A stretch of DNA of 64,000 nt from an uncultured Planctomycetales bacterium (GTDB lineage Bacteria; Omnitrophota; Gorgyraeia; Gygaellales; Profunditerraquicolaceae). Every line of letters begins with the position of its first letter. Within the stretch, counting starts at the first letter, position 1. The notes beneath the pieces are model-generated. The model had not been told where the DNA came from, did not search any database, and was given only the letters and a program-made list of their open reading frames with translations. The position numbers and the translations under genes were made by a program. Positions 11,091 to 20,183 of this stretch are shown piece after piece. Location: NCBI GenBank assembly GCA_964427405.1, contig CAYRUB010000002.1, positions 4,741-68,740 of the forward strand, given 5' to 3'.

Positions 11091-12497
11091 ATGCATAAAC
11101 GTAAACTATTAATTATCCTGTTGTTTTTGTCGTTTGCCGGTTGTACCAGTATAGAAAAACCTGACTTGACGTATTGGTCAAAAATGCCTGCTTTAGAGCC
11201 TTTTAAAGAAGGGGAGCGTGTGTTGATCTTGGCCCCGCATCCTGATGACGAGGCGATTGCCTGCGCAGGAGTCATCCAGCAGGCGCTTAGGGCAGGCGCA
11301 AAGATAAGAATAGTTTATCTGACCAATGGTGATCATAATGAGCTGGCTTTTATTGTTTATGAAAAAAGGATAACTGTACGCCGGGGTGAGTTTGTGCACA
11401 TGGGGCAGGTGCGTCAGCAAGAGTCGATTAAGGCGATGAAATCCCTGGGGTTATCTGAAGACGATCTGGTATTTTTAGGCTACCCTGATTACGGTACCTT
11501 TAACATATTCAGCCAGTATTGGCAGGCTAAGAAACCATTCCGTGACCGGTTAACCCGCATATCTAATGTGCCTTACAAAGATAATCCTTCCTACGGAGCT
11601 GCGTATTGCGGCGAAAGCATTCTCAATGACCTGAGCAGACAGATTTTAGATTATAAGCCGGATAAAATATTTGTTTCACATCCGGCGGATGTTAACGTAG
11701 ATCATAAATCGCTATATCTGTTCCTCCAGGTGGCCTTGAGTGATTTGGAAGGCCAGATCCCCAAGCCAAAAATTTATCCATATCTTGTGCATTGCGTTGG
11801 TTGGCCTCAGCCCCGGCATTATCATCCGGAGTTAGAACTTTATCCGCCAAATAAATTCATTGATTCAGAGATCAACTGGGTCCGGGCAAATTTAAGTTTC
11901 GGAGAACTGGATAAAAAATATCAGTCTATACTTCTCTATAAGAGCCAGACGGAATCCAGCGCTTTTTACCTATTTTCCTTCGCCAGAGAAAATGAATTAT
12001 TCGGAGATTATCCGGTTTTGGAGCTGGTTCCTCAGCAGAGATTAAAAGATAGGGTTATTTCTTATTTCGGCGCCTCAAAGATGTTTAAAGATGTGCCGGG
12101 CATGGAATCTTCCGGACAGGAGGAAGCGATAGAGGGCAATGGGCAGGTTAGCTATGCCGAAGAGGACAGTTGTTTTATTGTGCGTGTAGATAAGCCTAAA
12201 AAACTCAGCAATAGATTTGGGGTGTTGTTGCATGTGTTTGGGTATAGCAAGAATACTGTTTTTTCCGCGATGCCCAAAATACGTATTATTACTGCGGGAA
12301 AGAAATTCCGGGTATTTGACGCACAGAAAAGAGTAATTAATTCCGGGGTAACGCTTGAGTTTGACAGGAATTATTTAGTTATAAAAATTCCGCTTAAGCT
12401 TTTGGGTGAGCCAGGTTATGTCTTGACTGCCCTTAAGGCTTTTCATGGCAACCTGCCTATTGACGCTGTGGGTTTCCGCAAGGTCAAGTTGAAATGA
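11091..12497 (+). CDS. PIG-L/LmbE family deacetylase, lipoprotein
   Basis: Lipobox FAGC; APHPDDE, TNGD, FLGYPD, HPADVNVDH. Confidence 0.88.
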   Translation: MHKRKLLIILLFLSFAGCTSIEKPDLTYWSKMPALEPFKEGERVLILAPHPDDEAIACAGVIQQALRAGAKIRIVYLTNGDHNELAFIVYEKRITVRRGEFVHMGQVRQQESIKAMKSLGLSEDDLVFLGYPDYGTFNIFSQYWQAKKPFRDRLTRISNVPYKDNPSYGAAYCGESILNDLSRQILDYKPDKIFVSHPADVNVDHKSLYLFLQVALSDLEGQIPKPKIYPYLVHCVGWPQPRHYHPELELYPPNKFIDSEINWVRANLSFGELDKKYQSILLYKSQTESSAFYLFSFARENELFGDYPVLELVPQQRLKDRVISYFGASKMFKDVPGMESSGQEEAIEGNGQVSYAEEDSCFIVRVDKPKKLSNRFGVLLHVFGYSKNTVFSAMPKIRIITAGKKFRVFDAQKRVINSGVTLEFDRNYLVIKIPLKLLGEPGYVLTALKAFHGNLPIDAVGFRKVKLK

Positions 12498-12514
12498 GGC
12501 CTTAGAAAGTGAGC

Positions 12515-12566
12515 ACCCCGCGTTTATAAGGATTTACGCTGGTCTGTCCCGCTGGACAAGGAGGGG
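12515..12566 (+). ncRNA. Unknown two-hairpin leader motif, copy A
   Basis: ACCCCGCGT-TTATAAGGATTT-ACGCTGGT, then TGTCC-CGCT-GGACA, then AGGAGGGG; homologous to 50348 and 59060. Confidence 0.6.
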
Positions 12567-12568
12567 AT

Positions 12569-13051
12569 ATGTTAGAAATAAAGACGGTAAAAATAGATAA
12601 GCCAGATGATTTAAATTTTATTTTAGGCCAGGCGCATTTTATTAAAACAGCGGAGGATCTTTATGAATCTTTGATTAATGTTCCGGGGGCAAAATTCGGC
12701 CTGGCTTTTAGCGAGGCATCCGGTGCATGTAAGATACGCAGTGAAGGTAATGATACGGCGCTTAAAGAGTTGGCCTGTAAGAATGCGCTTGAGCTTGCTT
12801 GCGGGCACAGTTTTATTATTTTTCTCAAGGAAGCATATCCTATCAGCGTATTAAACGCTATAAAGAATATTCCTGAAGTCTGCAATATCTATTGCGCTAC
12901 GGCTAATCCCGTGGAAGTAATAATCGCTCAAAGTCAAGGCGGCAGGGGTATATTAGGGGTAATAGATGGCTTAAGCCCCAAGGGCATAGAAACGCCTGAG
13001 GATATCTCTTGGCGTAAGGATTTATTGCGTAAGATTGGCTATAAGCTTTAA
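12569..13051 (+). CDS. Adenosine-specific kinase family protein (DUF355)
   Basis: ILGQAHFIKT, FSEASG, CATANPVEVI, GILGVIDG, GYKL terminus. Confidence 0.88.
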   Translation: MLEIKTVKIDKPDDLNFILGQAHFIKTAEDLYESLINVPGAKFGLAFSEASGACKIRSEGNDTALKELACKNALELACGHSFIIFLKEAYPISVLNAIKNIPEVCNIYCATANPVEVIIAQSQGGRGILGVIDGLSPKGIETPEDISWRKDLLRKIGYKL

Positions 13052-13059
13052 ATTATCAT

Positions 13060-13087
13060 TTGCAATTTATGGGCAGTTTGTTATAAT
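13060..13087 (+). promoter_or_regulatory. Sigma70-type promoter
   Basis: TTGCAA-N16-TATAAT with TG extension. Confidence 0.65.
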
Positions 13088-13106
13088 TATTTAACTTAAA
13101 ATTAAA

Positions 13107-14018
13107 ATGGATTCTAAAAAAATACGCAAAAGTTTAAGTCGTTTTTCGGCTTGGCTCGGTTTAAATATATGTTCTTTGATAGTCAGGGTTATCCCTACAA
13201 GCTATCTCTATGGTTTTGCCAGGGATATTGCTTCTTTGGCCTATGTATTTGCGGCAAAGCATAGAAAAATTGCTTTAGAAAGCCTTGATATTGCCTTTGG
13301 TAAGGAAAAATCCCGCCAAGAAATCGAAAGAATAGCCAAGGATTGTTTTATATATATGGCTAAAGGTGCGGTTGAGCTGATGTTCTTTTTTGATAAGCCG
13401 CATATGCTAAAAGGAAAGGTGGATATTCAGGGCCGCCAAAATCTGGATACGGCATTAGAGCGCGGACGGGGCGTGATTTTAGTTAGCGCGCATTTTGGTA
13501 ATTTCCCGCTTCTCTTGGGCCGCCTCGCGGTAGAAGGATACAAAACATGCGGGATTATGCGGCCAATGCACGATGCCAGGGTGGAAAAGATTTTCTTTGA
13601 AAAAAGAGAGAAGTATGGGGTAAGGACTATTTACAGTCAGCCGCGTAATGAATGTGTAAATAACACTATTGCTGCCTTACGTAATAATGAATTGATTTTT
13701 GTACCTATCGACCAGAATTTTGGAACCGGAGGAGTATTTGTAAATTTCTTTGGCAAGCAGGCGGCGACTGCAACCGGGCCGGTGATCCTGGCGCAGCGAA
13801 CCAAGGCGGCACTTATTCCTTGTTTTATTCTCAGGCAGCCTGGCGATAGGCATAAGATAATTTTTGAGCCTGAGTTAGAATTAAAAGAGGGCAAAGATCC
13901 CCGGGACACGGTATTGATAAATATTCAAAGGCTTACGGATATAATTGAAGCATATATACGTAAATATCCTGCGGAGTGGGGTTGGATTCATCGCAGGTGG
14001 AAAAGTAAACCTAGTTAA
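13107..14018 (+). CDS. LpxL/HtrB-family acyltransferase
   Basis: SAHFGN, DQN, VNFFG, YPAEWGWIHRRWK. Confidence 0.88.
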   Translation: MDSKKIRKSLSRFSAWLGLNICSLIVRVIPTSYLYGFARDIASLAYVFAAKHRKIALESLDIAFGKEKSRQEIERIAKDCFIYMAKGAVELMFFFDKPHMLKGKVDIQGRQNLDTALERGRGVILVSAHFGNFPLLLGRLAVEGYKTCGIMRPMHDARVEKIFFEKREKYGVRTIYSQPRNECVNNTIAALRNNELIFVPIDQNFGTGGVFVNFFGKQAATATGPVILAQRTKAALIPCFILRQPGDRHKIIFEPELELKEGKDPRDTVLINIQRLTDIIEAYIRKYPAEWGWIHRRWKSKPS

Positions 14019-14031
14019 AGGAGGTGTTCAA

Positions 14032-14235
14032 ATGGCAGGAGAAGAGAAAAAGTGCTGTGATGCAAAGAAGACGTTGTCTACGCTTTTTAAGGTTGTTTTA
14101 GGCCTTGCGTTTTTAGTTTTAGGAGGTTTGGCAATCTTAAAATGGTGGAAAGCGCTTCTTTTAATCGTTAAAGGTTGTATTGGCCTGTTTTTGATTTTGG
14201 CTGGCGTGATTACTTTAGCTATAGCGAAAGAATAA
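14032..14235 (+). CDS. Small two-TM membrane protein
   Basis: AAGGAGGT SD before ATG 14032; two hydrophobic segments. Confidence 0.75.
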   Translation: MAGEEKKCCDAKKTLSTLFKVVLGLAFLVLGGLAILKWWKALLLIVKGCIGLFLILAGVITLAIAKE

Positions 14236-14239
14236 ATAG

Positions 14240-14287
14240 ATAATGGGGTCGGATCTATTTTCTAAAAAACAGTTCCGGCCCCATTAT
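14240..14287. repeat. Imperfect palindrome (REP-like or terminator)
   Basis: ATAATGGGGTCGGA ... TCCGGCCCCATTAT. Confidence 0.55.
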
Positions 14288-14303
14288 TCTCATAGGAGAG
14301 TAT

Positions 14304-14873
14304 ATGGAGTCAATTGTAAGCAGGGAAATTATTACCAATAAAAGAATTTGCCGGTTTTTAGCCGTGGCAGTTTTTATAACTCTAACTACTTTATCCGCTT
14401 TTGTGCGCATTCCTTTGCCTTTGACTCCTGTGCCGCTTACGCTGCAGACATTATTTGTCTTGCTTTCAGGCGCATTATTGGGCAGGAGATTGGGTGTATT
14501 TACGCAAGTTGGATATCTGCTTTTGGGACTGACCGGTTTTCAGGTGTTTACCGGATTTGGCAGCGGATCTCTTTATCTTTTGGGGCCTACCGGAGGTTAT
14601 ATCGTTGGTTTCGTTTTAACCTCTTTCTTTACCGGAAGCTTATTCTCGGAAGTGAAACTTGGCTGGAGGAATACTTTCTTAAAGTTTTTATGTGCAGATT
14701 TTATAATCCTGTTTAGCGGGATGCTTTGGCTTAAAATTGCTCTGTCATGTTCATTTAGCCAGGCATTTTTGCTTGGCTTTTTGCCCTTTGTGCCAGGTGA
14801 CCTGTTAAAGATTATATCCGCAACAGCTGTTTTTAATAAAATACATTCGCGTATCAAAGCGTCTCTTTATTAA
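14304..14873 (+). CDS. bioY: Biotin transporter BioY
   Basis: PVPLTLQT, GPTGGYIVGF, PFVPGDLLK. Confidence 0.93.
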   Translation: MESIVSREIITNKRICRFLAVAVFITLTTLSAFVRIPLPLTPVPLTLQTLFVLLSGALLGRRLGVFTQVGYLLLGLTGFQVFTGFGSGSLYLLGPTGGYIVGFVLTSFFTGSLFSEVKLGWRNTFLKFLCADFIILFSGMLWLKIALSCSFSQAFLLGFLPFVPGDLLKIISATAVFNKIHSRIKASLY

Positions 14874-14904
14874 CCAGTATGACGCAAGAAGATTCCTTTA
14901 ATCA

Positions 14905-16296
14905 ATGAAAAGCTTGGCTCTTAAGCTGTGTTCTTTGCTTTCTCTTTCCCTATGCCTTGGGTTCTATGCCAGTTCTTCCGGAATGAATGCGCATCAGGCC
15001 TTATCTATAAGTATATTCTCTGCCTCAATCCTCGGGACTCTTTTCTTTTGGGATTTTCGTCTTAGTTTCGCTTTTATCGGCACCTCCGTATTGCTGATGA
15101 CTAAAACCATTGACTTAGAGCATGTTATTGAATTTTCTTCGCTCGAGGTAATCCTTTTCCTGGTAGGGATGATGGTGATTATCGGCCTGCTTAAGGATTC
15201 CGGGGTTTTTACCTGGATTGTCAGCCTTATTTTACGTATCCCAAAATTAACCGGCAGAAAATTTGTCCTTATTATAGGTCTCATGTCTGCTTTACTTGCC
15301 TGTACTATCGATGAAGTAACTTCAATTATTTTTATGGTTGTTGCGGTTTTGGAAATCTGTGATTATTTTGAAGTCAATCCCGTACCGTTTGTTATAATTT
15401 CAGTCTTAGCTACAAATATAGGGTCTTCGGCTACGGTATTGGGCAATCCTATCGGCATACTTATCGCCTCAAAATCCGGCCTAAGCTTTGAAGATTTTAT
15501 TGTTAAGGCCTTTCCTTTGGCGGCACTGTGTTTACTGGTTACTATTTTGATTCTTCTGTTCTGGTATAGGAAGCCGATCAAATTTCTTGATGAACAAATG
15601 CAGAGGCTGGGGGCTAATGAAATACTGATCAGATTAATATCTGTGCCCCCGGAAAGAAGCCTAAAGATAAATTTGGGGATATTCGCAACGATGCTGATTT
15701 TTATATCACTGCACCGCCGCATGGAAATAGCCTGGGGCCTGCCTGCTAATACCGTCTTGTTGGTTGTGCCGCTTGTAGCCAGCGGACTGGTAATGATCTG
15801 GAAACATAATAAGGCCAGGAAATATATCGAAAAAGACGTAGAATGGTGGACATTACTTTTCTTTTTGCTTTTATTCGTCCAGGCAGGGACATTAAAATAT
15901 ACCGGAGCAACTGAGTTTATCGCCAAGCATATGCTGGCAGCATGCGGTAATAGCCTGGATCTTTTGATTTCTGCAATGCTTTGGATAAGCGCGATAGGCT
16001 CAAGTGTTTTAGATAATGTAGTTTTAGTGGCAGCCTTTATTCCTGTGGTACAGGGATTCCAGAGTTTAAATATAAACCTGCAGCCATTATGGTGGGCTTT
16101 GCTTTTTGGCGGCTGCCTGGGAGGAAATATAACCCTTATCGGCTCTACGGCTAATATTGTAGCCATAGGTATTGTTGAGAAGGAGAAACGCGTTAAGATA
16201 ACTTTTCTTAATTGGTTTGGGGTGGGTTTAAGCGTAGGTTTGATTACTACGTTTATTGTAATGATAGCGCTGATTTTTCTGCCTTTTTATAGATAA
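14905..16296 (+). CDS. ArsB/NhaD/SLC13-type ion transporter
   Basis: TNIGSSATVLGNP, SSVLDNV, GGNITLIGSTAN. Confidence 0.85.
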   Translation: MKSLALKLCSLLSLSLCLGFYASSSGMNAHQALSISIFSASILGTLFFWDFRLSFAFIGTSVLLMTKTIDLEHVIEFSSLEVILFLVGMMVIIGLLKDSGVFTWIVSLILRIPKLTGRKFVLIIGLMSALLACTIDEVTSIIFMVVAVLEICDYFEVNPVPFVIISVLATNIGSSATVLGNPIGILIASKSGLSFEDFIVKAFPLAALCLLVTILILLFWYRKPIKFLDEQMQRLGANEILIRLISVPPERSLKINLGIFATMLIFISLHRRMEIAWGLPANTVLLVVPLVASGLVMIWKHNKARKYIEKDVEWWTLLFFLLLFVQAGTLKYTGATEFIAKHMLAACGNSLDLLISAMLWISAIGSSVLDNVVLVAAFIPVVQGFQSLNINLQPLWWALLFGGCLGGNITLIGSTANIVAIGIVEKEKRVKITFLNWFGVGLSVGLITTFIVMIALIFLPFYR

Positions 16297-16349
16297 CTTG
16301 ACAAATTAAAAAATCTGTGTTAATTTAACCCTAATAAAGGAGGGGTAAG

Positions 16350-16916
16350 ATGGATTCAAAGAAGGTTATAGCTGTTTTTGTATTTACTGTCTTAATTACG
16401 GTAACTACGCTTATTGCTTTTGCTGCTGAAGAAGTTACGGTTGGCACTGAGAATCCTGTTGCCAGCCCTGCAGAATCTGCAGTCTCTGTTTCTACCCCTC
16501 AGGCTCCTTCGCAGAATGAAAATGATACGCAGTGGGTTTGGGGAGAGGTGGTTAATTTAGACAACACAGTCAAAACAATCACCTTAAAATACCTTGATTA
16601 TGAAACAGACCAGGAAAAGGATATTGTTTTAGCTGTTGATGAAAAGACTGCTTTTGAAAATATTAAAAACTTTGATGAGATAAAGGTTAAGAATACCCTG
16701 AGTATAGATTATGCGGTTGGGCCAGACGGCAAAAATATTGCCAAAAATATTGGTCTTGAAAGCCCGGATTCTTCTGCCGTTGTTCCTGCGCAGGCTGGAG
16801 ATACTAAACAGGTTGACACTCAGATTGCTCCGGAACAATCAGTAGCTACCCCAGAGGTAGGTGTTGAACAGGCGCTTCCGGTAAGCGCAACATCAGATCC
16901 GGTTACTCAAAAATAG
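16350..16916 (+). CDS. Secreted hypothetical protein
   Basis: Signal peptide, low-complexity flanks, beta-rich core; AAGGAGGGG SD and TTGACA at 16298. Confidence 0.75.
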   Translation: MDSKKVIAVFVFTVLITVTTLIAFAAEEVTVGTENPVASPAESAVSVSTPQAPSQNENDTQWVWGEVVNLDNTVKTITLKYLDYETDQEKDIVLAVDEKTAFENIKNFDEIKVKNTLSIDYAVGPDGKNIAKNIGLESPDSSAVVPAQAGDTKQVDTQIAPEQSVATPEVGVEQALPVSATSDPVTQK

Positions 16917-16958
16917 GCGTAGTAAGTAGATATTTTTAAACATTAGATGTTACTTTAA

Positions 16959-16991
16959 ATAGGCAGGGCTTCTAAACCCTGCCTATATTTT
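16959..16991 (+). terminator. Intrinsic terminator candidate
   Basis: ATAGGCAGGG/CCCTGCCTAT followed by ATTTT. Confidence 0.55.
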
Positions 16992-16995
16992 CATT

Positions 16996-17637
16996 ATGCA
17001 GAATATTAAATTGATTATTTTTGATTTGGATGGCACCTTAATAGATGCTTATGCGGCCATATGCAGCAGTTTTAATTACGTAATGCGTAAACTGGGGTTG
17101 AAGCCCAAAAACTCAAGGCTTATCCGCCGTCTGGTAGGTTGGGGAGATGCAAATTTACTTAAGCCATATGTGCCTGAACATGATTTAAAACGATCTTTAC
17201 GCTTATATCGTAACCATCATAAGCTTAGTTTGCTTAGGCAATCGCATCTTTACCCGCATGTTAGAATGCTTTTGCGCAAGCTTAAAGCCCGGGGCTGCAA
17301 GTTAGCAGTAGCCAGCAACCGGCCAAGCAGGTTTTCCTTTATTTTATTAAGACACCTGCGTATAATTAAATTTTTTGATTATGTACTTTGCGCCGATAAA
17401 TTAAAACGTGGCAAGCCGGATCCTGAGATATTGAATAAAATAATCAAAAAGTTTGCTCTTAAGAAATCACAAGTTTTGTATGTGGGGGATATGGTTATTG
17501 ATGCGCAAGCCGGAAGGCGCGCAAAGGTCAAGACAATAATCGTAACCAGTGGCTCAAGCGGCATAGCTGAAATCAAAAGAGAGAACCCATTTAAAATAAT
17601 CTCCGGAGTCAGGCAGCTGGCAAGAATGTTTAGCTGA
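16996..17637 (+). CDS. HAD family hydrolase (phosphoglycolate phosphatase-like)
   Basis: FDLDGTL, KPDP, YVGDMVID. Confidence 0.88.
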   Translation: MQNIKLIIFDLDGTLIDAYAAICSSFNYVMRKLGLKPKNSRLIRRLVGWGDANLLKPYVPEHDLKRSLRLYRNHHKLSLLRQSHLYPHVRMLLRKLKARGCKLAVASNRPSRFSFILLRHLRIIKFFDYVLCADKLKRGKPDPEILNKIIKKFALKKSQVLYVGDMVIDAQAGRRAKVKTIIVTSGSSGIAEIKRENPFKIISGVRQLARMFS

Positions 17638-17696
17638 AGGGGATAATTAGGTTTCCCTTGACAGCCAGGCTAATCGGTAATATATTAAAAACAGGC

Positions 17697-18341
17697 ATGA
17701 AAAAAAGCTTTAAGTTATTTGGTTGTCTGGTTTTATCGTTATTTGTCGCAGGATGTTCTTCAATAAGAATGCAGTCTGCGGACAGTAAGTATCTGGCGGA
17801 TGATCCTTTAGAAGGATACTCTGGCCCTAAGGCTAAAATAGCAGTTAGCGATTTTGAATTAAAGACCTCCGGTCTTAATACGGAGCTCGGCCAGGCATTA
17901 AAAGAATATTTTGTCAGTATTTTAAACAATACTAAGCGCTTTGTAATGGTTTCTCCGCCGGAGACGGATTTAATCATTAGCGTGGGGATTATAGAGTTTG
18001 TCCCGGAGAATTCAGGCGGTAAATCCGGGGTAGCAGGCGGAGGAAGCGCTGCGAGCAGTTTTATGGGCGGTTTATTAGGAACCCCCTTAAACAAAGCAAC
18101 TATGCAGTTGAGCTTGCGCATTGTAGATCGCGCCACTTCAAATGTAATAAGCAGCCGGGATATTCAAAGTCAGGCAGTGGAAAATCCCGGGAATAAAATA
18201 AATACCCCCCATGATAAATTTTTTAAGGCAGGGTTAAGTGAATATGCCGGCACACCCATGGGCAAGGTTATTTATGAATGTCTGCTTGAAGCTGCGCGCT
18301 ATATCGCCTTAAATGTACCACTAACTTATTACAAGGATTAG
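17697..18341 (+). CDS. CsgG-like lipoprotein
   Basis: Lipobox VAGC; KAKIAVSDF, LRIVDRATSNVI; ORF-track TTG 17658 is the -35 of TTGACA-N17-TATATT. Confidence 0.7.
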   Translation: MKKSFKLFGCLVLSLFVAGCSSIRMQSADSKYLADDPLEGYSGPKAKIAVSDFELKTSGLNTELGQALKEYFVSILNNTKRFVMVSPPETDLIISVGIIEFVPENSGGKSGVAGGGSAASSFMGGLLGTPLNKATMQLSLRIVDRATSNVISSRDIQSQAVENPGNKINTPHDKFFKAGLSEYAGTPMGKVIYECLLEAARYIALNVPLTYYKD

Positions 18342-18343
18342 AT

Positions 18344-18424
18344 ATGGGAAAAAGAAAACGTAGAGGAAAACTTAACTGGCGTTCTAAGAAAGCCAATAAA
18401 GGCAGAAAACCCTGTTTAGGCTAA
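18344..18424 (+). CDS. 26-aa basic peptide, ribosomal protein bL37-like
   Basis: MGKRKRRGKLNWRSKKANKGRKPCLG; AAGGA SD; fills the intergenic gap; not in ORF track. Confidence 0.65.
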   Translation: MGKRKRRGKLNWRSKKANKGRKPCLG

Positions 18425-18434
18425 TTCCCTATAT

Positions 18435-19178
18435 ATGGTTTTATTTTGGATCCTGGGCAGTACAACCTTAGTCAGCCTTATATCCCTGGTGGGTATTTTT
18501 ACTCTTTCCATCAATGGGAATCTGCTGCATAAAATTCTTTTTTGCCTGATCGGCTTTTCCGCGGGCGCGCTTATCGGCGGAGCCTTTCTGCACATCCTTC
18601 CGGAAGCTCTGGAAAATAATAACAGCAACACAGTATTTTCATACCTTATTTTCGGGATCATAATCTTCTTCCTCATGGAAAGATATCTGCATTGGCGGCA
18701 TTGCCATGAGGAAGGCGCCTGTAAAATCCACGCCTTCACTTATTTGAATCTGGTAGGTGATGGGTTCCATAACTTTATCGACGGCATGGTAATTGCTGCA
18801 AGCTTTATGGTCTCTTTAAAACTGGGCCTGGTTACTACTTTGGCAATTATATTGCATGAGATTCCTCAGGAGTTGGGTGATTTTGCTGTTTTGGTATATG
18901 GAGGGTTCAGCAAGAAAAAGGCCCTTTTGTTTAATTTTGCCTCGGCGCTTATGGCGGTAATTGGAGCAGTAATCGGGTATTTTATATCCGATATCATCGG
19001 AAATTTTACGAACTTTATATTGCCGTTTACTGCCGGGGGGTTTATTTATATTGCCACCAGCGATCTTATTCCTGAGCTGCATAAAGAAAATGACCTTAAG
19101 CGCGCAACTGCTGCTTTTTTTGCTTTCTTGCTGGGGATAGCATTTATGGCGTTAGCAAAGGGTTTCTTACCAGGGTAG
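18435..19178 (+). CDS. ZIP family metal transporter
   Basis: HILPE, HWRHCH loop, DGFHNFIDG, HEIPQELGD. Confidence 0.92.
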   Translation: MVLFWILGSTTLVSLISLVGIFTLSINGNLLHKILFCLIGFSAGALIGGAFLHILPEALENNNSNTVFSYLIFGIIIFFLMERYLHWRHCHEEGACKIHAFTYLNLVGDGFHNFIDGMVIAASFMVSLKLGLVTTLAIILHEIPQELGDFAVLVYGGFSKKKALLFNFASALMAVIGAVIGYFISDIIGNFTNFILPFTAGGFIYIATSDLIPELHKENDLKRATAAFFAFLLGIAFMALAKGFLPG

Positions 19179-19202
19179 TCAAACCATCCAAATTATATTG
19201 AT

Positions 19203-20183
19203 ATGAAAATAAGGGCTTTGGCTTTAGTTTCCGGAGGTCTGGATAGTTTATTAGCCGCCAAACTGATAAAAGATCAGGGTATTGAAGTTATCGCCGTGCA
19301 TTTTAAGATTCCGTTTTGCAAGCTTGATGTAAAAAATAGTTTTGCTGATGTAGAAATAAAATTACTTGAGTTTGATTTGGGAACTGAATTTCTGTCTCTT
19401 ATAAAAAATCCTCGTTACGGTTTTGGTTCTAATCTGAATCCCTGTATTGACTGCAAGATTCTCATGTTTACTAAGGCCAAAGAACTGTTGTTAGAATTAA
19501 AAGCAAATTTTGTTATTACCGGCGAAGTGTTAGGTCAGCGACCGATGTCTCAAACTAAGCAGGCCTTAAAGCTAATTAAACATAGAAGCGGGCTGGAAGA
19601 TTTATTGCTGCGGCCTTTATCCGCGCAGTTTTTTCCTCCTAGTTTACCGGAAAGAGAAGGTTGGGTCAGGCGGGACAAGCTTCTTAATTTTAATGGCCGC
19701 ATGCGTACTCCGCAGATGCAATTGGCAAAGAAATTAGGTATAAGTAAGTATGCTAATCCAGCAGGTGGCTGCTTATTGACCGACCCCTGTTTTTCTAAAA
19801 GATTAGAGGAGCTACTCCGGCATGAAGAATTAAATCTGGATAACCTTGCGCTTTTAAAAGTGGGCAGGCATTTCCGCTTAGAGAAAAAGTCCAGGCTGGT
19901 TGTGGGCAGGGATGAGGGCGAAAACAGATTGCTTATGCAATTGGCCAGGCCAGGTGATTACCTGTTTTTTCCACAAAAGGATTTAGCCGGACCTACCTCT
20001 TTGGCTAGAGGTTTAATGACCCAGGATCTTATTCATTTATCTTCTCAAATAACCTCTGCGTATTCTGATACTATCGGCTTAAAAAATATGGAAGTTTTTT
20101 ATCGGCATAACCCTGAAACTCAGGATAATGTGCATAAGGTTGCCTGCCTGCCCAAAAGCGGGTTTGTGCATTTACTGATATGA
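19203..20183 (+). CDS. ThiI/MnmA-like PP-loop tRNA sulfurtransferase family protein
   Basis: SGGLDS, NPCIDCK, TGEVLGQRPMSQ, PAGGCLLT, GRHFRL. Confidence 0.8.
   Translation: MKIRALALVSGGLDSLLAAKLIKDQGIEVIAVHFKIPFCKLDVKNSFADVEIKLLEFDLGTEFLSLIKNPRYGFGSNLNPCIDCKILMFTKAKELLLELKANFVITGEVLGQRPMSQTKQALKLIKHRSGLEDLLLRPLSAQFFPPSLPEREGWVRRDKLLNFNGRMRTPQMQLAKKLGISKYANPAGGCLLTDPCFSKRLEELLRHEELNLDNLALLKVGRHFRLEKKSRLVVGRDEGENRLLMQLARPGDYLFFPQKDLAGPTSLARGLMTQDLIHLSSQITSAYSDTIGLKNMEVFYRHNPETQDNVHKVACLPKSGFVHLLI

Noticed and set aside
14005-14032. GTAAAC-N15-GTTCAAA as a possible BirA site upstream of the gene before bioY
   Set aside because: Both arms are degenerate and the sequence is explained by coding sequence and SD.
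15363-16166. 267-aa antisense ORF
   Set aside because: Shadow of the hydrophobic transporter on the + strand; no motifs. The same applies to the many shorter nested or antisense ORFs in the track.
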